Assembly (NCBI RefSeq): GCF_009914755.1
Contig: NC_060925.1
Length of the DNA stretch: 64,000 bases
Direction: 5' to 3' (one strand)
DNA from: the human T2T-CHM13v2.0 reference genome, Homo sapiens
Shown here piece after piece: positions 40,941-54,174 of the stretch. The stretch's first letter is position 1. Each line of letters begins with the position of its first letter. Position numbers and translations under genes: made by a program. A model generated the notes under the pieces. It worked only from the letters and a program-made list of their open reading frames with translations, made no database searches and was not told the origin of the DNA.

Positions 40941-43316
40941 CACAGTGGCCATGAAAGACTCTAGATGCAACATGCAGTCAGCCAACATGATCAGCTTCTG
41001 TGTCAATTGGGTCATTACTACAAATAGTGCCTGTGCTACTCTGCAGCTTTAAACCTACACTTCTCATAAAATGCAACATCATCAAGGTCTAATTTATCAA
41101 AATGAGTTATTGGCAACACAATGAATGTTCTCTTTGTGTGAATTATAGCAGCTTTTGTTAATTGCCTGAAATCTGCAAACCTGCAGGAAACATTTGCAAT
41201 AAATTGATTTTTCCAGACATTGCCTCTGTAATAAATAAATCCTCCTGGTGATTAATAAGTACTCCTTTTGATTTTTGTCCTCTTTTAATTAAAAAACCTA
41301 AAGACAATCAAGAGAAATCTCAAAACCATATCTGCCAAAATATCATCGTAAGAACACAAACCAGAGCTGAGGCCCCAAAATTGTTTTGACGACAGCCTCC
41401 ACTGTTGAGACCCTTTCTGTTGCAAATGATAAAACCAAGATTTAGATAAGGTAAGCAAATTAAAAAAAATAGAGCTTGTACAACTGAGAATGAGTCTAGT
41501 TTCAGGTTTACTTGGATCACAAATATGAAACATGTCATCAGTACCTTTCTATTCTTTTGAAATCTTTCTCAAGAGCTCCCTACAGTTGACAAAGATATGG
41601 CCACTAAAAAAGAAAAGTCCCCTGTTACATAATTCCTATGTCATTCCTTTAACTTGTGGGCCCAGAGAAAGACTCTTTCCTAGATTCTGCATATCAATGT
41701 TCAGGGCTGCACACTGAAGTGTAAGTTGAATTTACACACTTAGGATGTGGGTCAAGGTGGGGTTAGTGTTCGTGAGTACCTACTATTTGCCAGGTATTGT
41801 CCTAGGCAGTGGGAATAAAATGGGAGCAAGAAAAATGAAGCCTCTACTTCTGAGGTTTGCATTCTTTTGAGGAAGATGGGAAGTAAACTAGCCAACTGAT
41901 GATCTCCAATACTACTGCTACTACAATAATAATAATAATAATAATTTTATATTGTAAGTGGACTTTGAAAAAAGAAGCAGGTTATGGAGTAAATAATTAT
42001 GTGGAATTGCAATGGTGGTGTCAGTGGCTGTTTTAGGTGTTGAGGTCAAGAAAGGACTTCTTGAAAAGAGGTAACATCTGAGTAGCAACAGTACACAGCT
42101 CCATGGATTGTGTTGTGACTTCTTGTTTACCCTAGAGGAAAATCTAGAAGGACATTATTTGACTCTTGGGCTCTCAGGAATATACATTATAAGAAATTTT
42201 TCAGACATGTAGGGTTGGTTGTGTTAAAAGACAGTGTCAGACATAAGAAGCATGATTTTTCTCTTCCTGAAGATGTGGCACCTTAGGAAGATACCTAAGT
42301 TCTTTGGATTGAGCGATATAGAAATTCCAAGGTCCCTTTCAGCTAGAAAATTCAATGATTCTGAATTCAATCTCCAAGTAATTCATTTTCATATTTTTTT
42401 AACATTCAATAATGTCAGAATGAATGATGCAAGGAGGACAAAATTGAATTGCAGAATCATAATTTATATTAGCCAAATTATACAAGGACATTATAAATAA
42501 CCTTATCTAAGACAGATAAAAGTTTTATTTTTTAATGACTTGTGTGTCAATATTTGTAAATGCTATTAAATAACTTTAAAAATGCCTAGTGACATCGAGT
42601 AATTATTATTTTCTAGCTTCAGGGCAATTTGTGATTAGATTAGATTAGCATTTTTTGATCAGTAAACAGCCTCTAAGTATAGTTGACGTAACCTTGGCAG
42701 CCAGTGGAACAAATATTTAAAGAAAAACAATTCTAACAGTTTTCTATTTTGTTCCTGTTAGTACTGGTGCTATCTGATTTAGTGAGACCTAAAGAAATGC
42801 CTACAGAAATGTAACCTATGAGAAGCCCTTTCCCTTATTTATCAATCATGCTTACAAAAAAAAGATACTGATAACCACAATAATAATTAACATTTACAGT
42901 GCAGTTACTATATGGCAGTCAGCTTTCTAGGTGCTTTACATATTTATTTATTTTAATCCTCTTGGCAAGCCTATAAAATGCTGCTATTATTACCTTATTT
43001 TACAGATGGAGGGGTGGCAGCATAGGAGAGGAAACTGCTCTAGCTCACACCCCTGGCTGATGGCAGAACAAAGTTTGAAATCTAGGTATTCTAGATCACA
43101 ATTGAAGTTCTTAACTGTATGTGATATTTTGTATATTTTTCCATCCAGTGAATGAAAAATAGCATTATTTATCTTGGTGCAAACCTAGCTTAAGAAAAAT
43201 TGGGAAGTGGGTGACACAGATGTACAGCCATTTCCTATTTCCTCTTGTCTTGCCCTTTTCCTCTCTACCCTGTTGCTCACTGTCCATCCTCCTCCTGCAA
43301 CCCCCAGGGGCTCTTT

Positions 43317-43613
43317 CTTTTTTTCTCTTTTTTTTTTTTTGGAGATGGAGTCACCCAGGTTGGAGTATAATGGTGCGATCTCAGCTCACCGCAACCTCCG
43401 CCTCCCCGGTTCTAGTGATTCGCCCGCCTCAGCCTCCTAAGTAGCTGGGATTACAGGTGCCCGCCCCCATGCTCAGCTAATTTTTGTATTTTTAGTAGAG
43501 ATGGGGTTTCACCAGGTTGGCCAGTCTGTTCTCAAACTCCTAACCTCAGGTGATCCACCTGCCTCGGCCTCCCAAAGTGCTGGGATTACAGGCGTGAGCC
43601 AACGTGCTCAGCC
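43317..43613 (-). mobile_element. AluSx-like element
   Basis: cctcaggtgatccacc diagnostic; perfect 19-bp TSD CAACCCCCAGGGGCTCTTT at 43298-43316 and 43614-43632; ~11-bp deletion near the tail (atggagtcacccagg). Confidence 0.95.
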
Positions 43614-46600
43614 CAACCCCCAGGGGCTCTTTTGCTCTGTTCTATCACCCTCAAAGTCTGTGAATCCCCAAAGAAACTAACATTAGTTATTTACAACTTA
43701 GTATCATCGTAAGTCCATGGTTTGCCTGAAATAAAATTATGTTTTATATTGTATCTCTCACAGAGAAAGAAAAGGCTTTGTTTCTGTGAAAGAGATTTCA
43801 GATTTAAGCAAGTGGATGGGAGACATATCTCCCCATCTGGTGAGGCATCTTGACTTTCCAACTTTGAAATCACACTGCAGGAGCAAACCTTTACTCTGTT
43901 TATTTAAATAGTTTCCCAGTGTTTGACATTGCAGGAAAGGGTATTTAGTTATATTAAATATGTAAAATTATGAATGAGCCAAGGGTGGCACAATGAATTT
44001 GAAATCATCCCCCAGCATGATCTTAGGCTGTAATATATATCACAAAGCCTTTGAAAAGAGTTAGAAGAAAAAAATAGAGTCAAATTCGAATGGTTAAACT
44101 ACCTTCCATTGTATCATGAGATATATAAAATGTTGCTCCTAAGAAAACCAGACTACACAGCTCGCCAGCTAGATGAGTGCTTGTGGGTAAAGAGGATGTT
44201 GGATTGTCAGGCAAATGGGAAGACCATTTCCCTGAGGAACTGCGTGAACACCTCGGGTTTTCTTATCTGTGTTTCTACATTCCAGGCAAGAGGGGAGATG
44301 CTGAGCCAGACCAGGGCTAAGACAAAGTACAGTACCAGTCAGTTACTGAATTTCTCAAATCTGGCTTATGAGGTATCTGCCTGGGTATTTTCTATTTATT
44401 TGCTTCCTTTACCTTCTGAATGCCATCTGTTCAACCATCAGTTTTTGAGTGAGAAATCATAGTGTCGATGCTGGGCTTTCGGAGAGATCACGGAGAAGTA
44501 GTCCGCAAGGCTTCCACTCTCTTCTTCTTTTTCCTTTTTATGTTTCTTTTCCTGACCTCCTTGCCCCCCTGCTTCCCTCCCCTTCCATCCTTTTGCCTGC
44601 CTTTGTTCTAACTAGGGCTCTGGAGCCCAACTGCCTCCTTTTGAATTCTGGCATTTGTACTTTCTTGCTGCATAATCTTGGGCAAATTCTCTGTATCTAT
44701 CTTCTCTATACTTCAGTACTTACCTCGCAGGGTAGTTTGAAATACTAAAAATAAATAAATAAATAAAAATAAGTGTCAAGAACTTCGAAATAATTTCTGA
44801 CACTAGTGGATAATTCAAATGTTAATCATCGTCATCATCACCATCATTTTTTCCATAAATGTTTACTGAGTCCATATTTATGTTTTAAATGCTGTACTAA
44901 ATAATTAAGGTAAGCAAATGACTAAAACATTTCATCTGAGATCCTTTCCTCCTAGCAGCCAATGTTCAGGGTCTCCCAAGGCAGGGAATATGTTTCCCAC
45001 ACTGTCTATTCCCTTAGTTTCCCTGCTCTTTTCCCCATCAAATCACACTTGTCTCTGTTTTCAAATTTCTTGGAGAATGCTCTCTCCCAAGTGGTAACAG
45101 GTAGTTAAAATGAGTAAATACCTGCATATAAAATGTTAATTTGAATCCAGTAAATACGCAGTTGCTTCCAGAAGGAATTAACCTTGTGGCCACAGTTTCC
45201 AATACTCAGTCCTATTCTTAGGACCAAATAATTTTATTCCGTTTAATCAGTCAATCACACTCAAATTACACCCTAGTCTACTAATTACTTTGCCTGTACA
45301 TATGGACAGCTCTTCCAACTAATTTTCTTTAGCAATAACACAAAGTAGATAATATTAGGGGAGGAGGAGATGTTTCTACTTGTTCTTCTTGATCTTTGCT
45401 TTTTAACCATAGGAAGTACTCAAAGTTCTTTTTGATAATTGTTTTGTTTAGAATTTATGCCGGTTTATTTTGGCTCCTACTAAATAATAGTTCTTGAAGC
45501 ACCCCCATGCTTCAAAGCTCTTTTTATCAGATGAATGAAAAAAGGAAGTTTATAATCCTGTGGCCATTTTGTGTGTCCTTTCCTGGGTTATTTATGGTTA
45601 TGGCTTCTGTACTAAAAATGATCACAAATAGATATTTGCTTTTAGAAAATGTATGTTAATATTCTTTTAGGTCACTTTCATTTAAGCATTCACAGATAAG
45701 AAAGTATATATTTTAATTTGCTTATCTATCTTTGATTTGCTCATTGACATGCAGTAAGTGTGTGAATTTCCAGTCAGTGATGTAAGATGTGTTAGACACA
45801 CTTTGGGTTCATCTCTATAGGTGGTGTTTATGCTGGAGGGATTTTTTTTTTTTTTCCTAACTCTCATCTACTTGTCAGATATCAAAGTATCTAATTCCGG
45901 TCCCTGTTTTACTCAGTTCACTACAAGCAGCATTTAGGTAGAATGACAAATCTGGCAGCCATGCGAGGTTTTACCCACTAAACAGAAGCAGCCACTGACT
46001 AAAAGAAAAGGGCAGGACAAGAGAGAAATATTACAAAGACCTACTCTAAACACATATGTTTGATTTGAAGGCTGAAATTAGATTGTCCTCCTGCCTTTGG
46101 GGGCTCTGCCTGTGAAAATTTTAAACAATTTATGAAAATAGATAGTACTGGAAAGTGGATTACTCAGGCAAGTGGGTTTACATAACTCACAATCTTTCAG
46201 CTACACGTTTTTGACAAAGTAATTCCAGACATTTTCTAAAGTGATATTACATTCCATTTCACTCTAATTTTTTCCTTTGATTAGCAAATCAATTTTGCGT
46301 AACATGCCTGTGAGTCATGTCTTAGCATGAGAAGAGCCCTGCCAAGATGATGACAAATTACAAACCATGTGCTAATAGGGTCATTGTGAGGATTAAAGAG
46401 ATGAAACCTGCAAAACATTTAGAACAGTGTGTAGCATAATTTTAAGTACTCACTGCTTGTTAGCTATTAATAGTCTTACCCTTACTAATAGAAATTACTC
46501 TGGGCTCACCCTACCAAGCAGCATTGCCTTACAATCATAGAAGCAAAAACCAATATGAACAACACGTAGGAACCCAAAAAGAATGATGATTTTAACATTA

Positions 46601-47082
46601 ACCCACATAGTTCTCTGACACATATAGTGTTCTACCAAAGCATCGAAAAATCTTTAGATCATTTAAATTGATTGTTACTAAACTGTTATAATAGCGAATG
46701 TATCAGGCAGTAAGACAGGCATTCTGTGTATATCATTTTTATGTATAATATTTTTAGAACATCTTTCTTATCTTTTTGATGAGAAAAAGCAAAGGTCAAC
46801 GAGGCTCTAATTACCCAAACTCACACAGCTAGAGAATGATAGAAGTGGTTCTACTTTGCCACACTGGCTGATAGAAAGTTTTGAAATGAACTCTTGATTA
46901 TGAGATTCTGAGCTGCACATTGCCTACTAATTTCCATGTAGCTACTTTTGCATGTGATTTGTCGGTTTCAAACTACTGATGATTTCCATTAGGCACTTCA
47001 TGAAATTCATGTAGATTTCTATTTCCCAGGAGCCCAGATAACACATTACTCTTCTTGTTGCTTATTCAAATAGTTTACCCTC

Positions 47083-47447
47083 AATGGCAGGTGGAATAAT
47101 AGACACCCAAAGAAATTCATGTTCTGATCTTGTGAATATATTAATCTGATGTGGGAAAAAAGGCTTTGTAGATGTGATTAAATTAAGGCTCTTGAGATGG
47201 AGAGGTTTCAGTGGATTATCTGGGTGGGCCCAATGTAATCACAAAGGTCCTTACAATTGAAAGAAGAGGGCAGGAGGATTAGAGAAGATGTGAGGACAAA
47301 ACAGATATCAGAGTGATAAAATGGGTGGCTTCAAAGATGGAGGAAAAGGCCATGAGCCAAGGAATGCTGGCTACCTCTAGAAGCTGGAATAGACAAATAA
47401 ATGATTCTCCTCCTAGAAGTAATGTATATCTTTCCTGTTTCTCTGTT
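47083..47447 (+). mobile_element. MLT1D-like MaLR LTR, 5' part (interrupted by ERV)
   Basis: ctttgtagatgtgattaaattaaggctcttgagatgg ... ggattatctgggtgggcccaatgtaatcacaa ... ccatgagccaaggaatgc ... tctagaagctgg. Confidence 0.8.
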
Positions 47448-48104
47448 TGTTGCAGGCCAGGTCTCACTAATGCAGGCCTCCATGACAACTGTTTCTGTAC
47501 TGACTGAGTAGTTAAGTTAAATATTAAAAGCAGAAAAAGCCAGTGCCCTTATACAAAGGCTGGAATGTAACAAAAGCCCACCGAAGAGTTCTGCCTAGGC
47601 CTTTCCTGGGCCTTAAAGCATGACAAAATAATGAAGGTATTCCTAATAGGATCTGTTTGGGATTAAATAAGTTTTACTGGGGGTCTGAAGAAACTCCCCA
47701 GACCTCCACAAACAAGTTTATTGGGGATCTAAAGGAACTCCCCAGACCTACATAATTTAGAAGGAGACAAGATAAGGGTAATCACCCCAGCCCCTGTACC
47801 CGTTTAGATTAAGTTAATTTACTGAGGCTCCAGAGGAAGGTCTTCAGGACTCAGACCTTAGTTATAGAGCAGAAGAAGTTAGTCACTTGTATTTAATGAA
47901 TGCGCACTTACATGTAGACATACAGCTTTGATGGTATATAAGCTAAGGAACACCTGTAATTTTGAGTTGGTCTGGCGATAATTTTCAGGCCTTCTCCCTG
48001 TAACCAGTTGGATAAATAAAAACTCTCTTTCTCCCCAGTTCATCTGCATCTTGTTATTGAGCCACGAGAAATAGTAGCCCCACCCTCAGTTTGGTCTGGG
48101 AACA
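47448..48104 (+). repeat. 5' LTR of the provirus
   Basis: tgttgcaggccaggtctcact ... tttggtctgggaaca; TATA-like gtatataag at ~47934; AATAAA at ~48015. Confidence 0.9.
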
Positions 48105-48109
48105 AAATT

Positions 48110-48127
48110 TGGCAAGCCAGCCAGGAG
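48110..48127 (+). other. Primer binding site complementary to tRNA-Arg(ACG)
   Basis: TGGCAAGCCAGCCAGGAG versus expected TGGCGAGCCAGCCAGGAG (17/18; the mismatch is a CpG transition), 5 nt after the LTR end. tRNA sequence recalled from memory. Confidence 0.85.
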
Positions 48128-50558
48128 AGACGGGGATGGTCTTGCATTCAGTGGCCAGCGGCTTACGACGAGGCAGTCTTCAGGAGGAACCCAGAAGCTG
48201 CTGGTGAGATTTTCCTGGGGATCCTCCTGTAGGCTGTCCCATGTGCAAACCTGCACGTCCCTTTCACTGCTGGGGAAGAACAGAGATCAGGGGCAGATGT
48301 GTTCAAAAGGTTGGTTAACTGGATCGTATGCTGGGAGCCTGGACTCATTGAACTGTTTGTCCGGTACCACCAAGGGAAGCAATAGGAGGAGCTCATAAAC
48401 CCACTTTGCATTTTGGTTGAGACCAGGTTTTGAGTTGGTTTTGAGTCTGTTTTGCCTGCATGCAATCCCCCTTGTGTTGTCCAAAATTTGTCTCCACTTG
48501 TTTGTGTATCTGTCTTATTCCTTTTCATACCATGTGAACTTGGAAATGAGAAGTATCAGGTCTATTCCTGCTGAGAGGCCTTTGGGAAGGAAAAAAATTT
48601 TTTTAGGAGCTCAATGGTTAAAAGTCAGCTTAATTAAAAGTTAACATCCAAGATGTGTATACATGGGTGTGCATGTGTGCATGTTTGTATTTAAAAGGCC
48701 TTCATGTTTTTGTTTTTGTTTTTGTTTATTTCTCTCCTAGGACCTTGTCTTTTTGAGCAAAAGTTTTTTTCTTCTCAGTTGACTCAATTCTGTTTTCTTC
48801 ATTAACAGCTATTGCAACATAAGTTACACAGGGATTTTTAAGAAAAAAATGTAATTTAGACAGTTAGAAATGTCTCTGTTTGGAAAAAAATTTAAGTGCA
48901 CTGTAAAAACATCACATAGTCTAGCCTCATAATAATTCTCCCTTTTTGAAAAACCCAAGATTCAGTGTGGGTTCTGCCCAGAGCTCAAAGATCCAGTTAA
49001 AAGACAGGTAGTCAATATCTAAGTAAAGTTAATCTCCTTATACAGTCCTACATTAAATTTCTATAATTTTATGTTTGATCTGGCACATCCATATTTAATC
49101 TCCTTCTAGCACCACCAGACTTTTTCTCTGTGTACCTTGAGATGTTAGTCTTGCCATTTGATTTTTCACCTCAGAGTTATTTCCTTTAATATGCAGATTT
49201 AGGGCTACTTAGCTGACAAGTGCCAGAGCAATAAACCAGGTTATCAAGAGTTTGCAAGTCTAAGATAGGAAAAAGGAGGTCTTATGAATCTATAAAATAT
49301 ATATCTATTGGCATGCCTAATATGTCTATGTATTTATGTCTTGTGTACACCATGTTTCACATAAAAGAGTTCTAATTGGTTGTCTCAAAGAAAAACAAAA
49401 GTTCTTAAATATTTTAACATAAAAAAGGAATGCTTTTTCAAGTTTATGTGACTAAACTAAGATCTTCAATAAGTAAGCTAGCTTTAACAATTATTGATAA
49501 AATAATATTAGAAATGTCTTAAGAGTTGCCAGCATACATTTTTGTTTGCATTTATTGTTCAAGCAATTTCATACTTACTTCTGCCAAATACTATAAGGTG
49601 TCAAAATTTGGCATAAAGGCTACAAAACTATAACTCAGCCCCAAACGGACTGATCTTTGCTTGTGTAATAAATAAAACATTAATATTGGTTTAATGAAGA
49701 TAGCTGCATCTTCAATTATTTAGTAAAATACCCTAACTTCTAATCTTGTGACCTTAGGCAGTCTAGTCCACAGACGTGAAGGAAGTTTGTTCTGGGAAAG
49801 GGCTGTTATCGTCTTTGTTTCAAAGCTAAACTATAAACTAAGTTAATGAACAAGAATAGCTTGGAAGTTAGACCCAAGATGGAGTAAGTTAGGTCAGATC
49901 ATTTTCACCGTCTCAGTTATAATTTTGCCATGGTGGTTTCATAACTTTAAATAATGACTATCACAGTTTTTGTAAATAATCTAGGTAAATGATTAAAATA
50001 AATAATTAAATAAATGTAATGGGATAAATACTTGTAAACAAATGTCATAATTTGGAACCTAAAGTTATATTAAATTAAACAGATATCTCAGTATTCGGGT
50101 ATTTTTCAATAAAAATATATTGTAGGAAAGCATTCTTTCTAAAAATTGTGTCTTTTTAAAAGGGTAACTAATTTTTGTCTAATTCGAAGCGTATTTAAAG
50201 TTTATATACAAAAAAAGGTAAGAGAAACCAGGAAATAAGAGAGATATAAAGAAAGTTATAAAAATAGAGTTTTAAAGATTATTGGTAAAATAAAAATATC
50301 TTCAAAAATGTAAACATTTGGTCTAAATTATGCAGGTTGAATATTAGGTTTGCTAAATGCTTTAGGTCATAAACTGCTTCTTTAACTTAAAAATTGTTCA
50401 ATTTGTTTTGGAATGTTAAATTCTAGATAAGTCCTGGGGACATATAAAATATGCAAAAAATTATTAAAGAAAAAAGATTTCATATAAGAAAAACTCTTGC
50501 ATGGTAAATTCTTGTCCTAAAGTAAAATAACTGCTTGTTTAAAAAGAAGAATGTTTAG

Positions 50559-51684
50559 TGTAAGAATTTAAAAAAAGAAGAAAGAAACACAAAAAGTGGT
50601 TCGATGGTTAAAGACAGGTGTATTTTAGAGAATAAACCTGAGAGGGGTTTTTGGCTGAGTTAGGTCAGAGGCCCTTTCTCCTATAGACTAAGAGTTTTTA
50701 AGGATTCAGGGCAGGTGAGTTTATCAGAGGCTTGGACTGCTTCTGTGTCTCTTTGTTGTGCTTATCTGGAAGGGAGAGCTATGTGTCTGTTCCCACACAT
50801 CTTTGTGCAGCTGCAGGCATATCATCATAGAGTCTGCTTTTAGCTTCCCTTTCTCAGCGCACCTGAAGGGAAAGGAACACGCTTACTAAGGCCCACTGTT
50901 TTACTTGGCCCAATGTATGAGAATGAAGTTTGGCAGTTACACAAGAGACTTCCCCTACACCTCCCTCTATGCCTGAGCTGTCTTATTGTGTCTGGATTGG
51001 TTCCTTCCAGTGGGTTCTTGGTCTCACTGACTTCAAGAGTGAAGCCGCTGACCCTCGCGGTGAGTGTTACAGTTCTTAAAGATGGCGCGTCTGGAGTTTT
51101 TTGTTCCTCCCAGTGGGTTTGTGGTCTCGCTTGACTTCAGGAGTGAAGCCGCAGGACCTTCGCACTGAATGTTACAGCTCATAAAGGTAGTGCAGACCCA
51201 AACAGTGAGCAGCAGCAAGATTTACGGTGAAGAGCAAAAGAACATAGCTTCCACAGCACGGAAGGGGACCGCAGCATGCTGCCACTGCTGGCTCGGGTAG
51301 CCAGCTTTTATTCCTTTATTTGGCCCTGCCCATGTACTGCTGATTGGTCCATTTTACAGAGCGCTGATTGGTCCATTTTACACAGTGCTGATTGGTCAGT
51401 TTTTACAGAGTGCTGATTGGTGCATTTACAAACCTTTAGCTAGACACAGAGTGCTGATTGGTGTGTTTACAATCCTTTAGCTAGACAGACAAGTTCCCCA
51501 AGTCCCCACCCGACCCAGAAGCCCAGTCAGTTTCACCTCTCCTTATCTGTGCTTTATTGTCTACTCTTTCTGTCTGCTTGTTCCTGGAAGAGAAGTGATT
51601 TCCTTGAAATGTATGAGGTTAGCAAGAGAGCTGGAACTTAAAGTGGTGGTGTTTGTCCAAGATGACGGTGCTCCTGCTCTGTCA
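50559..51684 (-). mobile_element. LTR9-like solo LTR inserted in the ERV interior (itself split by LTR12)
   Basis: Minus strand starts TGACAGAGCAGGAGCACCGTCATCTTGGACAAACACC and ends ...ttcttaCA; perfect 5-bp TSD TTTAG at 50554-50558 and 51685-51689. Confidence 0.8.
50987..51542 (-). mobile_element. ERV9 LTR12 (LTR12F-like) solo LTR
   Basis: Minus strand reads GAGAGGTGAAAC..GGGCTTCTGGGTCGGGTGGGGACTTGG, has tandem ACCAATCAGC repeats and ends ..TCCAGACACA; TSD TTAT at 50983-50986 and 51543-51546. Confidence 0.92.
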
Positions 51685-54174
51685 TTTAGGACAAGTCAGA
51701 AAGTCAAGGCATGTCATAGCTTGTCTGTGAAAGTCATGAAATAATTTATGAAAAGGGAATTTATGCAAGAAATGTTGTACAACTTAAAGGTGATTAGGCC
51801 TTCTAAATGCTTTATCAAATGCCACTGTGACTCTTACCTGTACAAATTGCCTGCTTTACAGCTAGATAAGGCCTGGGACACATGGAGTTAGATGCTGGGA
51901 TAAGTCAAACCTTATCTGCGCTTCTGTCTAGGTCCTAGGCTCCACACCTAGTACATAATTAAAATCCCAAACTTACCAAGGTTTTCACCAAAAGTAAAGG
52001 TTGCTAAGAGTTAACAATGTAATGTGTATTTAAGACTACTGAAGGAATAGTTTATCTGTAAGGTGTGTAAGGAAAGTAAAATATACTTTTGGTAAACAGA
52101 TTATAAGGAGGCATGAGAATGTGGATTTGTGCCTAGATTAAAAGCCTAAAGGATTGTTTTAAATTGGATAAAATAAAGATGAAAGTTTAAGCAAGTTGTG
52201 GAAGTTTGATGTAAAGGAAATTCTGTGTGTAAACATATTGGCTGAAGTTAAAGGAGTATTATCCAGTTTTTCTGTAAATTGAGCATTAAAATAAAAACAC
52301 AACAGGTTTCTCTTAGGAGCGCTAATGTGCTCTTTAACAAAAATTGTAAAAGGTTATAAAAGGTCTATAAAAATCTTGCCTTATGGTCAAATATTAAAAT
52401 TTGGTAAATATGTCTATAATGCTTTATTAAGAATTGAGTTTAACATTAATAGTACACTAATGTAAAGGTGAAATTTGGTTTATTTGGTACCAAAAACCAT
52501 ACAGGAAGCATTGACAAATATAAAATGGGGTCTGGCTTTCTTTGGGCTGTATTTGTATAAATATATCATTAGTATGTGTTCCAAAATTGTGGGAAACTCC
52601 TATAATTCTATATCTCTTAGTGTATGTTATTAATAATTAAAATTTTTATGTTAAATTATTTTGTGCCACAGAGATAACAGATTTCCTTGTCAATTGTGTC
52701 TTTATGGCTACCCTAAAACTTTTTGTCATCCATAAACAATTGTTGTCTTGTTTTTGTCCTCTTTAGAGGGTGGCTTTATAATCAGCTATAAAGTTCTAAC
52801 AGGTGCTCTTAAATGCAGGTTTCTGATAACTTTGGAGATTGTGACATCAGAATAAAGGAAAAACGTTCAGGACTCTTGAAAAGCTAAAATATTTGTTAAT
52901 ATTAAGCAGGACAGGAATTAACTTCATGAACTGAACTAACAGGAGACTGAAATGATCTTTTTGACTTTTTGCTTAAAATGTTACTAATCTTTTATTTTGC
53001 TTTTCAGAGTAAAGGAAACTTTTCTTTTGAGCTATTAACAGCTTTTAACAATTAAGTAAAGTATACTCCACAAAATTTGAAGCATATTTGTTTCTCTCTA
53101 CCTGATTCTTCCAAATATCTGAAACTATTTGTGAGTATTCTTAATTTATGGCAATATAGTTATTTGCATAAGTGCAATAAGAATCTGTTTTATTTTGTAA
53201 CAGAACACAATTTTTAAAAAACTGGTTATTTTACCAAGGCTTTGATTGGAATGCTATGCTCTCTCTTAGGGAATCAAACTTGACTTCTGGCACCAATAAA
53301 GCCCTTGGAAAACTGGCCTCATATTTTGTGTACACAGTCCCTGTACAGGGTTTCTGATCTGTGGTAAGTAAAGAATGTCACTTTCTTACAAGCCAGGGAC
53401 CTCAAGTTATCTTGTAACCTTCAGAGGAAAGGAACTCACCCAACTCATAGGTATTTGATGGTACAAATCCATGGCAGGGCTCAGCTTTAAAAAGGTCTTA
53501 TATCAGATTCCTTCTACAGAACAAAGTTCCATCAAAGCCAGTTTAAAAGGACTATGTGAAAAATAGTTATTCTTGCTGCACTGTATCCAAATAATTAGGC
53601 CAACTATAATAAAGTAAACCAGTCCTACTATGATTTGTCTTTTAATAAAAATGGGAAACTGAAGAGAGAAAAATGTTTCAAAAGCTATAGTATACCTGTT
53701 GTTAAATTCTAGGCTTGCCTGATGTTTTTCAATTTTTATTATTTTCTACAGTTTGGATTAAATTCTAATTTTTCTTGCTACAATTCTCCAAAATAATGTT
53801 TTCAATTTTTTCCTTTCTCTTTCCCTTTTCCCCCATTTTTCCTAATTGGAAATAACTGAGACCTAAGCTGTGCTTTCCTAAAGCCCTGTGAACTGAAGAC
53901 TCAACAACTTAAACTTCAGAAGAAACCACCAGCAACCTATTTATGGGTTGCTGTTGCATACTATTATGCTTCAGCAGGAACTTCCTCTAAGCCCCCAAAA
54001 CAGGGAGTGCTACCAGGAACAAACTGATCTCTTCCACTCCAGCACTGAGTTTGGTGCCCCATAGCAATGACCCTCTCTCAGCAGGAAGTTGCCAGAAAGA
54101 CAACTCCCTACAATTATCATGGTAAATAAATTTACAAGCATGATAGAAATCATGCGCAAATTGACAGTGGGGAT

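Noticed and set aside
51340-51490. Regularly spaced GCTGATTGGT repeats resembling a CRISPR-like array
   Set aside because: This is the standard tandem CCAAT repeat of ERV9 LTR12. The spacers are not unique, the context is eukaryotic and there are no cas genes.
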